Source: Rhodospirillaceae bacterium
GTDB lineage: Bacteria > Pseudomonadota > Alphaproteobacteria > UBA6615
Length of the DNA stretch: 64,000 nt
NCBI GenBank assembly: GCA_038132575.1
Contig: JAYPRP010000002.1
Location: forward strand, 6,802-70,801
Reading direction: 5' to 3'
Position numbers and translations under genes: made by a program. The notes under the pieces were generated by a model. That model made no database searches and had not been told where the DNA came from. It saw only the letters and a program-made list of their open reading frames with translations. This document shows, piece after piece, positions 37,296 through 46,831 of this stretch (position 1 is its first letter; the number at the start of each line of letters is the position of its first letter).

Positions 37296-38039
37296 ATGAG
37301 CGCAACGATCGCGCCCGAAGAACTGCTGATCGCGACCGTCGCGGACATGCTCGCCGGGCTCGGCCATGTGGCCGTGGGCGCCCAGTCACCCATCCCGGGT
37401 TCCGCCGCCCTGCTCGCCCGCGCGCGGTCCGGGGGCTCGCTCCGGGTCTCGATGCTCGGCAGCGAGGCCCACAGCCCGTTCACCGACGGCGGGCGCGAGC
37501 TCTTCGACTGTGCCGCCCAGGGCCGGATCGACGCCTTCTTCCTCGGCGGCGGCCAGATCGACGGCCAGGCGAACATCAACCTGGTGGGCATCGGCGACTA
37601 TCCGGACACGAAGGTCCGGTTTCCCGGCTCCTTCGGCTCGGCCTATCTCTACTTCCTCGTGCCCCGGGTGATCCTGTTCCGCGAGGAACACACCGCGCGG
37701 GTGCTGGTGCCCAAGGTCGATTTCGTCAGCGCGCCGGGCGTGAGCGAGGACGATGTCGCACGGACCGGTGGTCCCCACGCGCTGGTCACCGGCCGCTGCG
37801 TCTTCGACTTCGACCGGGACCGCCGCCGCTTCCGGCTCGCCTCGGTGCATCCCGGCCATGATGCCGACGAGGTTCGCGAACATACCGGGTTCGACTACGA
37901 CGCCCCCAACACGGTGCCCAAGACGGCATTGCCGGACGCGGCAACGCTGGAGTTGCTGCGCGGCCGGATCGCCACCGAGGTCGCCGAGACCTATCCGGCC
38001 TTCGCCGCGCGCGTGTTCGGGGCCGCCGACGCCGCCTAA
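37296..38039 (+). CDS. CoA-transferase subunit B (family I, beta), 247 aa.
   Basis: Internal start MSATIAPEELL of track ORF 37074..38039, 10 nt after the subunit-A stop. It contains an ESG-type segment (MLGSEAHS), though I could not place the catalytic Glu with certainty. Confidence 0.7.
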   Translation: MSATIAPEELLIATVADMLAGLGHVAVGAQSPIPGSAALLARARSGGSLRVSMLGSEAHSPFTDGGRELFDCAAQGRIDAFFLGGGQIDGQANINLVGIGDYPDTKVRFPGSFGSAYLYFLVPRVILFREEHTARVLVPKVDFVSAPGVSEDDVARTGGPHALVTGRCVFDFDRDRRRFRLASVHPGHDADEVREHTGFDYDAPNTVPKTALPDAATLELLRGRIATEVAETYPAFAARVFGAADAA

Positions 38040-38065
38040 GGTACGATCACAGGGCCTCTGAAGCC

Positions 38066-39229
38066 TCAGTAGGCCTTGCCGCGCGCCGTCACCGGCCAGA
38101 GGGTCTCGACCCTTCCGTTCCGCACCCCGACATACCAGTCGTGCAGGTTCGCCGTCGGGTCGCAATGGCCGGGAACCAGCCGCAGTTTGTCGCCCACCTT
38201 CAGCACGCCGCCAGGGTCGGACACGACGCCATGTTCGTCGGAGCAGCTGATGTATTCTACGTCATCGCGCCCGAACACGAACGGCAGGCCGCTGTCGACG
38301 GACTGGACCTTCAGGCCGGCATCGACAACCGCCCGGTCGGCCTTCACATGGCTCATCACCTGGGTGAGCAGGAAGAAGGCGTACTCCCATTCGCCGGCGT
38401 CGAGCCGCACACCATCGGCATCGAGGATCTGGCCGTAGTCGGCATCCATGAACGCGTAGGAACCGCACTGCAGCTCGTTGTAGACGCCCGAGTTGCTTTC
38501 GAGCGTGTAGGTGCCGGTGCCGCCACCCGTCACCAGCTCGGGCGATAGTCCGGCCGCCTCCAGGCCGGCGATAACGTTTCTCAACTGGGTGATCGCGACG
38601 TCGAGCTTCTCCGCCCGCGCGGCGTAGCTCTGGAGATGCTGGGCAGAACCCTGGTAAGCCTGGATGCCGGCGAACGTCAGTCCTGCGGCGGCGTTGATAG
38701 TACGGGCCAATTCCACCGCCTCCCCGGTTGCCGCGACGCCGCAGCGACCCTGCCCGCAGTCGATCTCGACCAGCACCTCGAGCGCCGTGCCATGGCGAGA
38801 GGCCGCGTCCGACAGTTCCGCCACATTGTCGGGGTCGTCAACACAGACGATCACCCGCGCGCCGCGTCTCGGAAGCCGCGCTAGCCGATCGATCTTCACG
38901 AGGTCACGAACCTCATTCGACACCAGGACGTCCGTGATCCCGCCGCGGACGAACGCCTCGGCTTCGGAGGGTTTCTGGCAGCACACGCCGACCGCACCGC
39001 CGATGTCTTGCTGCAATTTCGCGATGTCGACCGACTTGTGCATCTTTCCGTGCACGCGCAGCTTCATGCCGTGTGCGGCCGCGTAGTCGCCCATCTTGCG
39101 GATATTCCGCTCCAGCGCATCGAGATCGAGCACAATGCAGGGAGTCTGTATCTCGGTTTCATCCATCCCCGGCAAGGCGGGTACGTCGTAGCCGACCTCG
39201 AGACCGTTCAATTCCGTCACCGCGCTCAT
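38066..39229 (-). CDS. DSD1/alanine-racemase-fold PLP-dependent enzyme (D-serine dehydratase-like, D-threonine aldolase or 3[17 protein letters not shown] dehydratase-like), 387 aa.
   Basis: VHGKMHKSVDIA (PLP-Lys in an HxK context) and a C-terminal metal-binding HCDP region characteristic of the DSD1 family. Confidence 0.7.
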   Translation of the reverse strand: MSAVTELNGLEVGYDVPALPGMDETEIQTPCIVLDLDALERNIRKMGDYAAAHGMKLRVHGKMHKSVDIAKLQQDIGGAVGVCCQKPSEAEAFVRGGITDVLVSNEVRDLVKIDRLARLPRRGARVIVCVDDPDNVAELSDAASRHGTALEVLVEIDCGQGRCGVAATGEAVELARTINAAAGLTFAGIQAYQGSAQHLQSYAARAEKLDVAITQLRNVIAGLEAAGLSPELVTGGGTGTYTLESNSGVYNELQCGSYAFMDADYGQILDADGVRLDAGEWEYAFFLLTQVMSHVKADRAVVDAGLKVQSVDSGLPFVFGRDDVEYISCSDEHGVVSDPGGVLKVGDKLRLVPGHCDPTANLHDWYVGVRNGRVETLWPVTARGKAY

Positions 39230-39370
39230 CCGGGTCCCCCTTTTATCCGTTCCATGGCATGGACGGAGACGGGCGGGGTAACTAGCATCGGCGCATCATT
39301 CTCGCGAGGCACCGGCTGCCCGCCCTTTAGTTTCACTCGCTTCCAACGACAATATCCCAGGCCCAAATCG

Positions 39371-40585
39371 ATGTCCCCCAACACCTCTCGCTTCGGCGCA
39401 CTCAACGGCCTCAAGGTCGTCGATCTGGCCCGCGTTCTCGGCGGCCCCTACTGCACGCAGATCCTCGCGGATCACGGCGCAAACGTAATCAAGGTGGAGC
39501 CACCCCAGGGCGACGAGGTGCGCGACTGGGGGCCGCCGTTCCACGACGGCGACGCGTCCTATTTCACGGGGCTCAACCGCAACAAGCGCTCCATCGGCCT
39601 CGACCTGACCAAGCCCGAGGGGCGGGAAATCCTGTTCCGCCTGCTGGAGGATGCGGACGTGCTGATCGAGAATTACAAGACCGGCACCATGGAGAAGTGG
39701 GGGCTCGGCTACGACGAGATGCTGTCGGAGAAGTATCCGCGCCTGATCCACTGCCGGATCTCCGGATATGGCGCCGACGGCCCGCTGGGCGGCTTTCCCG
39801 GCTACGACGCAATCGTCCAGGCAATGGCCGGCTGGTTCTCGATCAACGGCGGCGAAGACAAGGTGCCGACCCGCGTCGGCATCGCCGCCGTGGACATGGG
39901 CACGGGCCTCTATTCCTGCGTCGGCATCCTGATGGCGCTGTTCGAGCGCCAGGCGTCGGGCCGCGGCCAGTATATCGACATGACGCTCTACGACTGCGCG
40001 GTCTCGCTGATGCACCCACACATTCCCAACTACTACCTGTCGGGCGGCAAGGTCCCCGGGATCACGGGCAACCAACACTCCAACATCGCGCCCTACGACA
40101 AGTTCCCCACGAAGACAGTCGATGTCTTCATCGGCGCAGGTAACAACCGGGCGTTCCAGCGCCTGTGCGATACGCTCGGCCGGCCCAAACTGACCGAGGA
40201 CCCGCGCTTCGTCACCAACTCCGACCGGATTCAGCATCGCGACGAGCTGCGCGAAGAACTGCTCGACGCCTTCGCCGCCGTGGACGGCGAGGAGGTCTCG
40301 ATGAAGCTGCTGGCGGCCGGCGTGCCCTGCGGGCCGGTGCTCGATACCGCCCAGGTGATGGACGCGCCCCACACGAAGCATCGCAACATGGCCGCCAAGC
40401 TCGATTGGTACGAGGGCGCGGGCATTCCCATCAAGTTCGGGCGCACGCCGGGCGAGATCCGCTCGACCCCGCCCGCCTTCGGCGCCCAGGCCGAGGAGAT
40501 TCTTCGCGAGCACGGGTTCGACGACGACGCGGTCGCGGCGCTCGCCGAATCGGGCGGTCTCGTCACCGAACGCCGCAAGCTCTAG
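39371..40585 (+). CDS. CaiB/BaiF family III CoA-transferase, 404 aa.
   Basis: Internal start MSPNTSRFGALNGLKVVDLARVLGGPYCTQILADHGANVIKVEPP of track ORF 39008..40585. Classic family-III N-terminus. A conserved Asp is expected but I did not pinpoint it. Confidence 0.8.
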   Translation: MSPNTSRFGALNGLKVVDLARVLGGPYCTQILADHGANVIKVEPPQGDEVRDWGPPFHDGDASYFTGLNRNKRSIGLDLTKPEGREILFRLLEDADVLIENYKTGTMEKWGLGYDEMLSEKYPRLIHCRISGYGADGPLGGFPGYDAIVQAMAGWFSINGGEDKVPTRVGIAAVDMGTGLYSCVGILMALFERQASGRGQYIDMTLYDCAVSLMHPHIPNYYLSGGKVPGITGNQHSNIAPYDKFPTKTVDVFIGAGNNRAFQRLCDTLGRPKLTEDPRFVTNSDRIQHRDELREELLDAFAAVDGEEVSMKLLAAGVPCGPVLDTAQVMDAPHTKHRNMAAKLDWYEGAGIPIKFGRTPGEIRSTPPAFGAQAEEILREHGFDDDAVAALAESGGLVTERRKL

Positions 40586-40611
40586 CCGAAACAAACCAGA
40601 ACGAGGACACC

Positions 40612-41469
40612 ATGCGCTGGTCCGAACGCCGTAAGAAATTCCGCGCCATCCTGAACGGAGATGCCTGCATCCACCCCGGCTCGGTCGCCGAGCCGATGAC
40701 CGCGCGTATCACACAGGAGATCGGTTTCGAGGTCGGCATCTTCGCCGGCTCCGTCGCTTCGATGTCCGTGCTCGCCGCCCCCGACCTGATCTTGCTCACC
40801 CTGACGGAATTCGCCGACCAGGCGAAGCGCATCGGCCGGGCGACCGAGTTGCCGCTGCTGGTGGATGCCGATCACGGCTATGGCAACGCGCTGAATGTCC
40901 GGCGCACGGTCGAGGAACTCGAGATGGCGGGTGTCGCAGCCCTCTCGATCGAGGACACCGAACTGCCGACGCCCCATGGCAGCGGCGGCAAGGCCCGCCT
41001 GATCAGCATCGAAGAGGGTGTCGGGAAGATGAGGGCCGCGCTCGACGCGCGCATCGACCCGGACCTGGTAATTGCCGGACGCACCAGCGCGCCCGGGGTC
41101 GCGGGCGTCGAGGAAGCGGTCGCGCGCGTTACCGCCTACGAGGCAGCTGGCGTGGACGCGCTCTTCCTGGTCGGGGTGAAGGACCGCGATGACCTGGCCG
41201 CGATTGCGGCAAAGGTCTCGACCCCTATCATCCTGGGCAGCGCGTCGCGCGAGATGATGGACCGCGAATGGCTGGCATCCATCGGCGTGCGCATCTGCCT
41301 GCAAGGCCACAAGGTCCACGCCGCGGCGATGGCGGCGTTTCGAAAAACCCAGCAGGCGCTCGCCGACGGCACCCATCCCGACGACCTGGAGGGCGTCGCG
41401 CCCGGCAGCGACATGAACCGATTTATGCGCGCCGACAACTATGCGCGCTGGAGCGAAGACTACCTCTAG
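40612..41469 (+). CDS. Isocitrate lyase/PEP mutase superfamily enzyme (oxaloacetate decarboxylase or 2-methylisocitrate-lyase-like), 285 aa.
   Basis: Internal start MRWSERRKKFRAILNGDA (GAGGA RBS) of track ORF 40165..41469. VDADHGYGN metal/substrate motif and EDTELP segment. Confidence 0.75.
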   Translation: MRWSERRKKFRAILNGDACIHPGSVAEPMTARITQEIGFEVGIFAGSVASMSVLAAPDLILLTLTEFADQAKRIGRATELPLLVDADHGYGNALNVRRTVEELEMAGVAALSIEDTELPTPHGSGGKARLISIEEGVGKMRAALDARIDPDLVIAGRTSAPGVAGVEEAVARVTAYEAAGVDALFLVGVKDRDDLAAIAAKVSTPIILGSASREMMDREWLASIGVRICLQGHKVHAAAMAAFRKTQQALADGTHPDDLEGVAPGSDMNRFMRADNYARWSEDYL

Positions 41470-41472
41470 GCC

Positions 41473-41829
41473 TCAGCGCCGTGGGCGGATATCCGCTGCG
41501 AACGCACGCAGCCCGTGGAACAGCTCCGGGTCGTTGATGATCCGCGGCACCTTGTGCTGGCCGCCGAGCTGGCCGCGCGCCTTCATCCATTCCGCGAACC
41601 CGCCCGGCGGCAGCACGACCGCGAGGTCGCGGTCGCTCTCAGCCTCGGCAAACGGCACCTGATGTTCATTCCAGTGGATGCGCACCGGCGCAGACAGCGG
41701 CAGACCGGAAACCGGGATGGCATCCAGACGCCGGTCGATATCAACCGGTTCCGGCAGCGGCGTGAGCACGGCGCAGCCGGCAAGAACGACCGCCATTACC
41801 GTACCGGCGAGCAATGTGGTCAGGCGCAT
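41473..41829 (-). CDS. Hypothetical lipoprotein, 118 aa.
   Basis: Signal peptide plus lipobox MRLTTLLAGTVMAVVLAGC. Confidence 0.45.
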   Translation of the reverse strand: MRLTTLLAGTVMAVVLAGCAVLTPLPEPVDIDRRLDAIPVSGLPLSAPVRIHWNEHQVPFAEAESDRDLAVVLPPGGFAEWMKARGQLGGQHKVPRIINDPELFHGLRAFAADIRPRR

Positions 41830-41856
41830 GCGGCCACTCCGGTCACTCCAAACAGG

Positions 41857-42381
41857 TCAGGACCGAAATGTGATCGGGCCGGCGCCTTGTCCAGTTGCAT
41901 TGACGTGATGAAAGGCCAGATACCCGGTGTGTCCGACGCCCGTGACCTTGCGCAGCAGGCGCAGCAGCTCCTCCGCCTCGGCACCGGAGAGATCGGCGGC
42001 GATCGCCGCATCGTGGTCGCGCACTAGGGGTGTGATCCGATCGAAACGCGCGATACCGTCGTCGGCCAGATACAGCTCATGGGACCGGCGATCCGTCTTC
42101 GAGCGCTCCCGGGCGACCCCGCCCCGTGCCTCCATGCGATCGATCATCGCGACCATCGTGGAGCCGTCCACGCCGAGTGCGCGCGCGAGACGGGTCTGGC
42201 TCAAGCCGGGATTCCTCGCGACGATGACGAGCAGGCCGAACCAGCCGAGGCGCATGTCGTCCGCGCCGAGCGTCGCCGCGAGGTGCTGGAACGTCTGAAT
42301 CTGCGCGTGGCGCAGCTGATAGCCAACCAACTCGGGCAGAAACCCCAGGTCGATATCGTTTGTCTTGCCGTTGTCCGCCAC
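41857..42381 (-). CDS. MarR family transcriptional regulator, 174 aa.
   Basis: Winged-helix segment LSQTRLARALGVDGSTMVAMIDRMEARG. Divergent from the reductase-led operon. Confidence 0.75.
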   Translation of the reverse strand: MADNGKTNDIDLGFLPELVGYQLRHAQIQTFQHLAATLGADDMRLGWFGLLVIVARNPGLSQTRLARALGVDGSTMVAMIDRMEARGGVARERSKTDRRSHELYLADDGIARFDRITPLVRDHDAAIAADLSGAEAEELLRLLRKVTGVGHTGYLAFHHVNATGQGAGPITFRS

Positions 42382-42428
42382 GCTAGTTCGTCTTACAAAC
42401 TAATTTCTCGCCAACAATCGGGATCGCG

Positions 42429-43472
42429 ATGAGCTTCTCCGTCAAGATCAGGCAAACTGACGCGTCACTGGCCGTCGAGATGGGCGACACCATCCTGACG
42501 GCCGCGCTGGCGGCGGGCATTTCCTATCCTCATGGCTGCCAGTCGGGCAATTGCGGGGCGTGCAAGTCGCGCCTGTATGCGGGCGAGGTCGAGATGTCCC
42601 CCTACTCCGACTATGCGCTGACCGACGAGGAAAAGGACTCCGGGCTCGTCCTTGCCTGCCGGGCCGTTCCGTGGAGCGATTGCGATGTGGCCTGGCTGGA
42701 GCCCGACGAGGTCGTCTCGCACCCGCTCAGGAAACTCGACTGCAAGGTCGCCGCGCTCGACCGGGTGACCCACGACATCACCCGCGTGCGCCTGTCGATC
42801 GAGGCGGGCGGGCCATTCGACTTCACCGCGGGCCAGTATGCGCGCGTACACTTCGCGGACCTGCCGTCGCGCGATTACTCGATGGCAAACCTACCGCGCG
42901 ACGTGGCTGGCGGGGATGACGGGATCGAGTTTCATATCCGCCAGGTGACCGACGGCGGGGTCAGCACCCATGTGCACGAGGCGCTCAAGGTGGGCGACCC
43001 GGTGCGGGTCGAAGGCCCCTACGGCATTTCCTATCTGCGTGCGAACCACACCGGCCCCATCGTCGCGCTGGCCGGCGGATCGGGAATTGCGCCGGTGAAG
43101 TCGATCATCAAATCCGCGCTGGCCGCGGGTGCGAGCCAGCCGATCCAAATGTATTTCGGCGTCCGCGCCGAACGGGATGTGTATCTTGAAGAACACTTCG
43201 CGGCCCTCGCGGCGAAGCACGAGAACTTCAATTTCGAGATCGTGCTGTCGGAACCCGACGGGGACACCGAGCGCCGCACCGGCTACCTCGCCGACATCGT
43301 GGCCGCGGACTTCGCAAACCTCGACGGCGCGAAGGCCTATCTCGCCGGTCCACCCATCATGGTCGAAACTTGCGTGGAAAAACTGAAGTCCATCGCCGTA
43401 CGCGACGAGGACTGTCACGCGGACGCGTTCTACACCGAGGCCGAAAAGGCCGCGCTGGAGAAAACATCATGA
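42429..43472 (+). CDS. Oxygenase reductase component: N-terminal plant-type [2Fe-2S] ferredoxin plus C-terminal FAD/NAD(P)-binding FNR-like domain, 347 aa.
   Basis: CQSGNCGACKSRL...C [2Fe-2S] cysteines, then an RxYS-like FAD motif (RDYSMA) and GGSGIAP NAD motif. Same domain order as reductases of soluble diiron monooxygenases. Confidence 0.8.
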   Translation: MSFSVKIRQTDASLAVEMGDTILTAALAAGISYPHGCQSGNCGACKSRLYAGEVEMSPYSDYALTDEEKDSGLVLACRAVPWSDCDVAWLEPDEVVSHPLRKLDCKVAALDRVTHDITRVRLSIEAGGPFDFTAGQYARVHFADLPSRDYSMANLPRDVAGGDDGIEFHIRQVTDGGVSTHVHEALKVGDPVRVEGPYGISYLRANHTGPIVALAGGSGIAPVKSIIKSALAAGASQPIQMYFGVRAERDVYLEEHFAALAAKHENFNFEIVLSEPDGDTERRTGYLADIVAADFANLDGAKAYLAGPPIMVETCVEKLKSIAVRDEDCHADAFYTEAEKAALEKTS

Positions 43473-44425
43473 GCGATGAATCCCGGGACGGACGGCTCGA
43501 CGGTCGCGTGGCGCTGGTGAGCGGCGCCGGGCGGGGGATCGGCCTGGCGATCGCGCGGGCGCTTGCCGCGCGCGGCGCGAAGGTTGTGATCGCCGACACC
43601 GGTAGCGATGTCGGCGGCGGCGACCCAGACCCCTCTGTGGCCGCAGCCGCCGCAGCAGATATAGGTGATAACGCCACCGCCTTCACGGACTCGATCGCGA
43701 GTGCGGACGGCGCCCGCACCGCCGTCGCCTGCGCCACGGAGCGTTTCGGCGGCCTCGACATCCTGGTGAATAACGCAGCCATCCTGCGTGACGGCTTCAT
43801 CTTCAAGTCCGACCCGGACGATTTCCGCGCGGTCATCGAGACCAACCTGTGCGGCGCCTGGTACATGACGAATGTGGCCACGCCGGTTATGCGCGAGCAG
43901 GCCAAGGCCGAGCGCGGCGGCGCGCCCTACGACTGGGGCCGAATCGTCAACATCACCTCGTCGGCGGGCCTGTACGGCAACTTCGGCCAGTCGGCCTACG
44001 CGTCGGCCAAGTCCGGCATGATCGGCCTCACCCGGGTGGCAGCCATGGACCTTGGCCGGGCGGGCATCACCGTCAACGCGATCGCCCCCTTCGCCGCGAC
44101 CCGTGTGACCGAAATGATCGTGCCGGCCAACGACGAGCAGGCAGCCTATAAGGAACGCGCCCTCAAGCTCTCGCCCGATCATGTGGCGACGGCCGTGGCC
44201 TGGCTGTGCCAACCCGAGAGCCAGTCGATCACCGGGCAGATCTTCGGCGTGCGCGGCCGCGAGCTGTTCCTCTTCTCACAGCCGCGCCCGGTCGCCACGC
44301 TATCGCGTGACGACGCCGACTGGGATGTCGCCGGCCTAGTCGCCGCGGCACCGGCCGAGTTTGAAACGCACTACACCGACCTCACCACGGACCTAGAATC
44401 CTTCAATACGGACCCAAAGGTCTAA
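43469..44425 (+). CDS. SDR family oxidoreductase with C-terminal extension (hydroxyacyl-CoA dehydrogenase/MFE-2-like), 318 aa.
   Basis: Internal start MSDESRDGRL overlapping the reductase stop (ATGA). VSGAGRGIGLAIA, NNAA and SAYASAKSG (YxxxK) motifs. Confidence 0.7.
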   Translation: MSDESRDGRLDGRVALVSGAGRGIGLAIARALAARGAKVVIADTGSDVGGGDPDPSVAAAAAADIGDNATAFTDSIASADGARTAVACATERFGGLDILVNNAAILRDGFIFKSDPDDFRAVIETNLCGAWYMTNVATPVMREQAKAERGGAPYDWGRIVNITSSAGLYGNFGQSAYASAKSGMIGLTRVAAMDLGRAGITVNAIAPFAATRVTEMIVPANDEQAAYKERALKLSPDHVATAVAWLCQPESQSITGQIFGVRGRELFLFSQPRPVATLSRDDADWDVAGLVAAAPAEFETHYTDLTTDLESFNTDPKV

Positions 44426-44443
44426 CCGACAGGAGAAGCCGCC

Positions 44444-45157
44444 ATGAGCATCCAACCCGGAGATTCCGTCGAAACCTCCCGCGAGCTGCAGGACGCCCCC
44501 GAGGAGTTCCGGATCGCAGTCGAGAAGATCGTCATCAGCCACGCGGTCAACGAGCTCTATGGCGCGCAGGTGTTCGACGAGCCCGCCATCGCCCTGGCGC
44601 CGACGCCGTATTCCAAGTGGCTCACCTGCCGGGTCGCCATGGAGGAGTACGGCCATCACGTGCGCTTCCGCGAGCTGGGCGAGGAAATCGGGATCGCGCC
44701 GGAGCGCATGGTGCCGGGTGACAAGAAGCCGCTGTCCATCTTCGAGTTCCCGCTCGAATCCTGGGAGGAATTCTGCGTGATCAAGCTGCTGGCCGACCTG
44801 GCGGAAATTCTCCAGGTCGAGGACCTCGCCCAGTGCAAGTTCCTGCCCCTGCGCAACCTGTCGCGCATGACCATGCCGGAGGAGCGCTTCCACGCGCAGT
44901 TCGGCGAGGATTTCTGCAAGGAGCTGATCGAGACCGAGGAGGGCCGCCAGGCCGTCCAGGACGCGATCAACCGCTATTTCCCGATCCTTCCCAAGTTCTT
45001 CGGCCGCGCCGGGTCGAAGAACAACGAGATTTATCGAAAATGGGGGATCAAGCAGCGGACCAATGAGGATATGCTGGCGGACTACATCAAGCGGGCGCGC
45101 GACCTGGTCGAGGGGGAACTCGGCCTGAAGCTGCCCGACGTGGCGGAGGCGGCCTGA
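44444..45157 (+). CDS. Ferritin-like diiron oxygenase subunit of the phenylacetate-CoA oxygenase PaaA/PaaC family, 237 aa.
   Basis: Two ExxH diiron motifs (EEYGHH and EERFH) in helical context. The assignment is to the family only. Confidence 0.5.
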   Translation: MSIQPGDSVETSRELQDAPEEFRIAVEKIVISHAVNELYGAQVFDEPAIALAPTPYSKWLTCRVAMEEYGHHVRFRELGEEIGIAPERMVPGDKKPLSIFEFPLESWEEFCVIKLLADLAEILQVEDLAQCKFLPLRNLSRMTMPEERFHAQFGEDFCKELIETEEGRQAVQDAINRYFPILPKFFGRAGSKNNEIYRKWGIKQRTNEDMLADYIKRARDLVEGELGLKLPDVAEAA

Positions 45158-45197
45158 CCGCACGGCCAGCCACCGGTAAAAAACGAGGAATCCAGAG

Positions 45198-46244
45198 ATG
45201 ACCATCCGATCCGACGTCCGCCCCGACCTGCTGCCCTACTACGAGAATGATTGCGACCCGAAGAATCTCGCGCCGCTGTGGGAGGTGCTGCACACATTCG
45301 CCCGCCGGGAGCCGAAGAGCGACTGCGAACCCTATATCTGGCACTACAACGACATCCGCGAAACGCTCATGAAGTCGGCCGACCTGATCACCGCCGAGGA
45401 GGCGGAGCGCCGGGTTCTGATTCTCGAGAACCCGGGCATGCGCGGCCGCTACCGGGTGACGACGTCGCTGTTTGCAGGCCTGCAGCTGATCATGCCGGGC
45501 GAGATTGCGCCGGCGCACCGCCACACGCAGGCCGCGCTGCGTTTCATCGTCGAGGGGTCGGGTGCCTACACCGCCGTCGACGGTGAGAAGACCATCATGG
45601 AAGAGGGCGACTTCGTCATCACCCCGTCCTGGACCTGGCACGACCATGGCAACGAGAGCAACCGTCCCATGGTCTGGCTCGACGGCCTCGATGTGCCGCT
45701 GGTCGAGACCCTCGACACGACATTCGCGGAGCCCTATGGCGAGAAGAACCAGGGCAAGACCCGCCCGAGCGGCGATTCGCTCGCCCGTTACGGCTCGGGG
45801 CTGCTCCCGGTGGACCACCAGCAGCGGAGCCCGTCCTCGCCGATCTTCAACTACCCCTACGCGCGCACCCGCGAAGCGCTGGAAACGATGCGCAAGACCG
45901 ACGAGTGGGATCCGTGCCACGGGCTGAAGCTCCGCTACGTCAACCCGGACAACGGCGACTCCCCGATGCCGACCATTGGCACCTTCATGCAGCTGTTGCC
46001 GAAGGGCTTCGAGACATCGGGCTATCGCTGCTCCGACGGGACCGTCTATTCCGTCGTCGAGGGTACCGGCAAATCGATCATCGGCGACCAGACCTTCGAG
46101 TGGGGCCCGCGCGACCATTTCGTGGTGCCCTGCTGGGTGCCACAGAAGCATATCGCGAACGAGGACGCCGTCCTGTTCAGCTACTCCGACCGCCCCGCCC
46201 AGCAGAAGCTCGGCCTCTGGCGCGAGGATCGCGGGAACGCCTGA
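45198..46244 (+). CDS. Gentisate 1,2-dioxygenase-like bicupin ring-cleavage dioxygenase, 348 aa.
   Basis: His triad region APAHRHTQAALRFIVEG...HDHGNES and a second cupin domain. Size typical of gentisate/1-hydroxy-2-naphthoate dioxygenases. Confidence 0.7.
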   Translation: MTIRSDVRPDLLPYYENDCDPKNLAPLWEVLHTFARREPKSDCEPYIWHYNDIRETLMKSADLITAEEAERRVLILENPGMRGRYRVTTSLFAGLQLIMPGEIAPAHRHTQAALRFIVEGSGAYTAVDGEKTIMEEGDFVITPSWTWHDHGNESNRPMVWLDGLDVPLVETLDTTFAEPYGEKNQGKTRPSGDSLARYGSGLLPVDHQQRSPSSPIFNYPYARTREALETMRKTDEWDPCHGLKLRYVNPDNGDSPMPTIGTFMQLLPKGFETSGYRCSDGTVYSVVEGTGKSIIGDQTFEWGPRDHFVVPCWVPQKHIANEDAVLFSYSDRPAQQKLGLWREDRGNA

Positions 46245-46808
46245 ATGACCGACGCTGTCGCGGCGCTTGCCGACTTTCCCCAGCGACTGCGCATGGCGTC
46301 ATGGTTCTCGTTCGTCGGCACGCCGTTGAGCGATGCCGAGCGCGCGGACATTTCCGAGTACACGGAATCGCTCGGCCTCGGCCCGTTGCCTGTGACGGAA
46401 CTCGGCGACTGGCGCGCGGCCGAGGACTGTATCAAGCAAACCGACTGGGACACCGGCTGGTGGAACGCCGAGGAGGAACGCCGACAGGCGCTACTCTCCC
46501 GGGCGGAGGCCAGGGTCGGTGATATGGCGCTCACCCGCGCCCTGACCGAGTTGTCGGAGAAGGCGTCCGACATCGTGCATGGTGCGGCGGCGATCGCAGC
46601 GTCACGCGGCGGCGTGGCCGACCAGGGCCTCACGCGTTCCGCCGCCGGCGCCGCGACCATGTCCGCCTACCAGGCCGCCGTGGAGAAGGCTGCCGCTCCG
46701 GATGCGGCGAACGACAACCAGGGGCTACCCTTCGCCGCCAAGTTTCGCCTGTTCGAGGCCGGCCACTGGCCGCTGTGCGTGCGCGGCGGCACGATCTACG
46801 TCTTCTAG
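46245..46808 (+). CDS. Hypothetical protein, 187 aa.
   Basis: ATG immediately after the upstream stop. No recognisable motif. Coding-like composition. Confidence 0.4.
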   Translation: MTDAVAALADFPQRLRMASWFSFVGTPLSDAERADISEYTESLGLGPLPVTELGDWRAAEDCIKQTDWDTGWWNAEEERRQALLSRAEARVGDMALTRALTELSEKASDIVHGAAAIAASRGGVADQGLTRSAAGAATMSAYQAAVEKAAAPDAANDNQGLPFAAKFRLFEAGHWPLCVRGGTIYVF

Positions 46809-46831
46809 CCCCCGATACCGGACACCGATCG

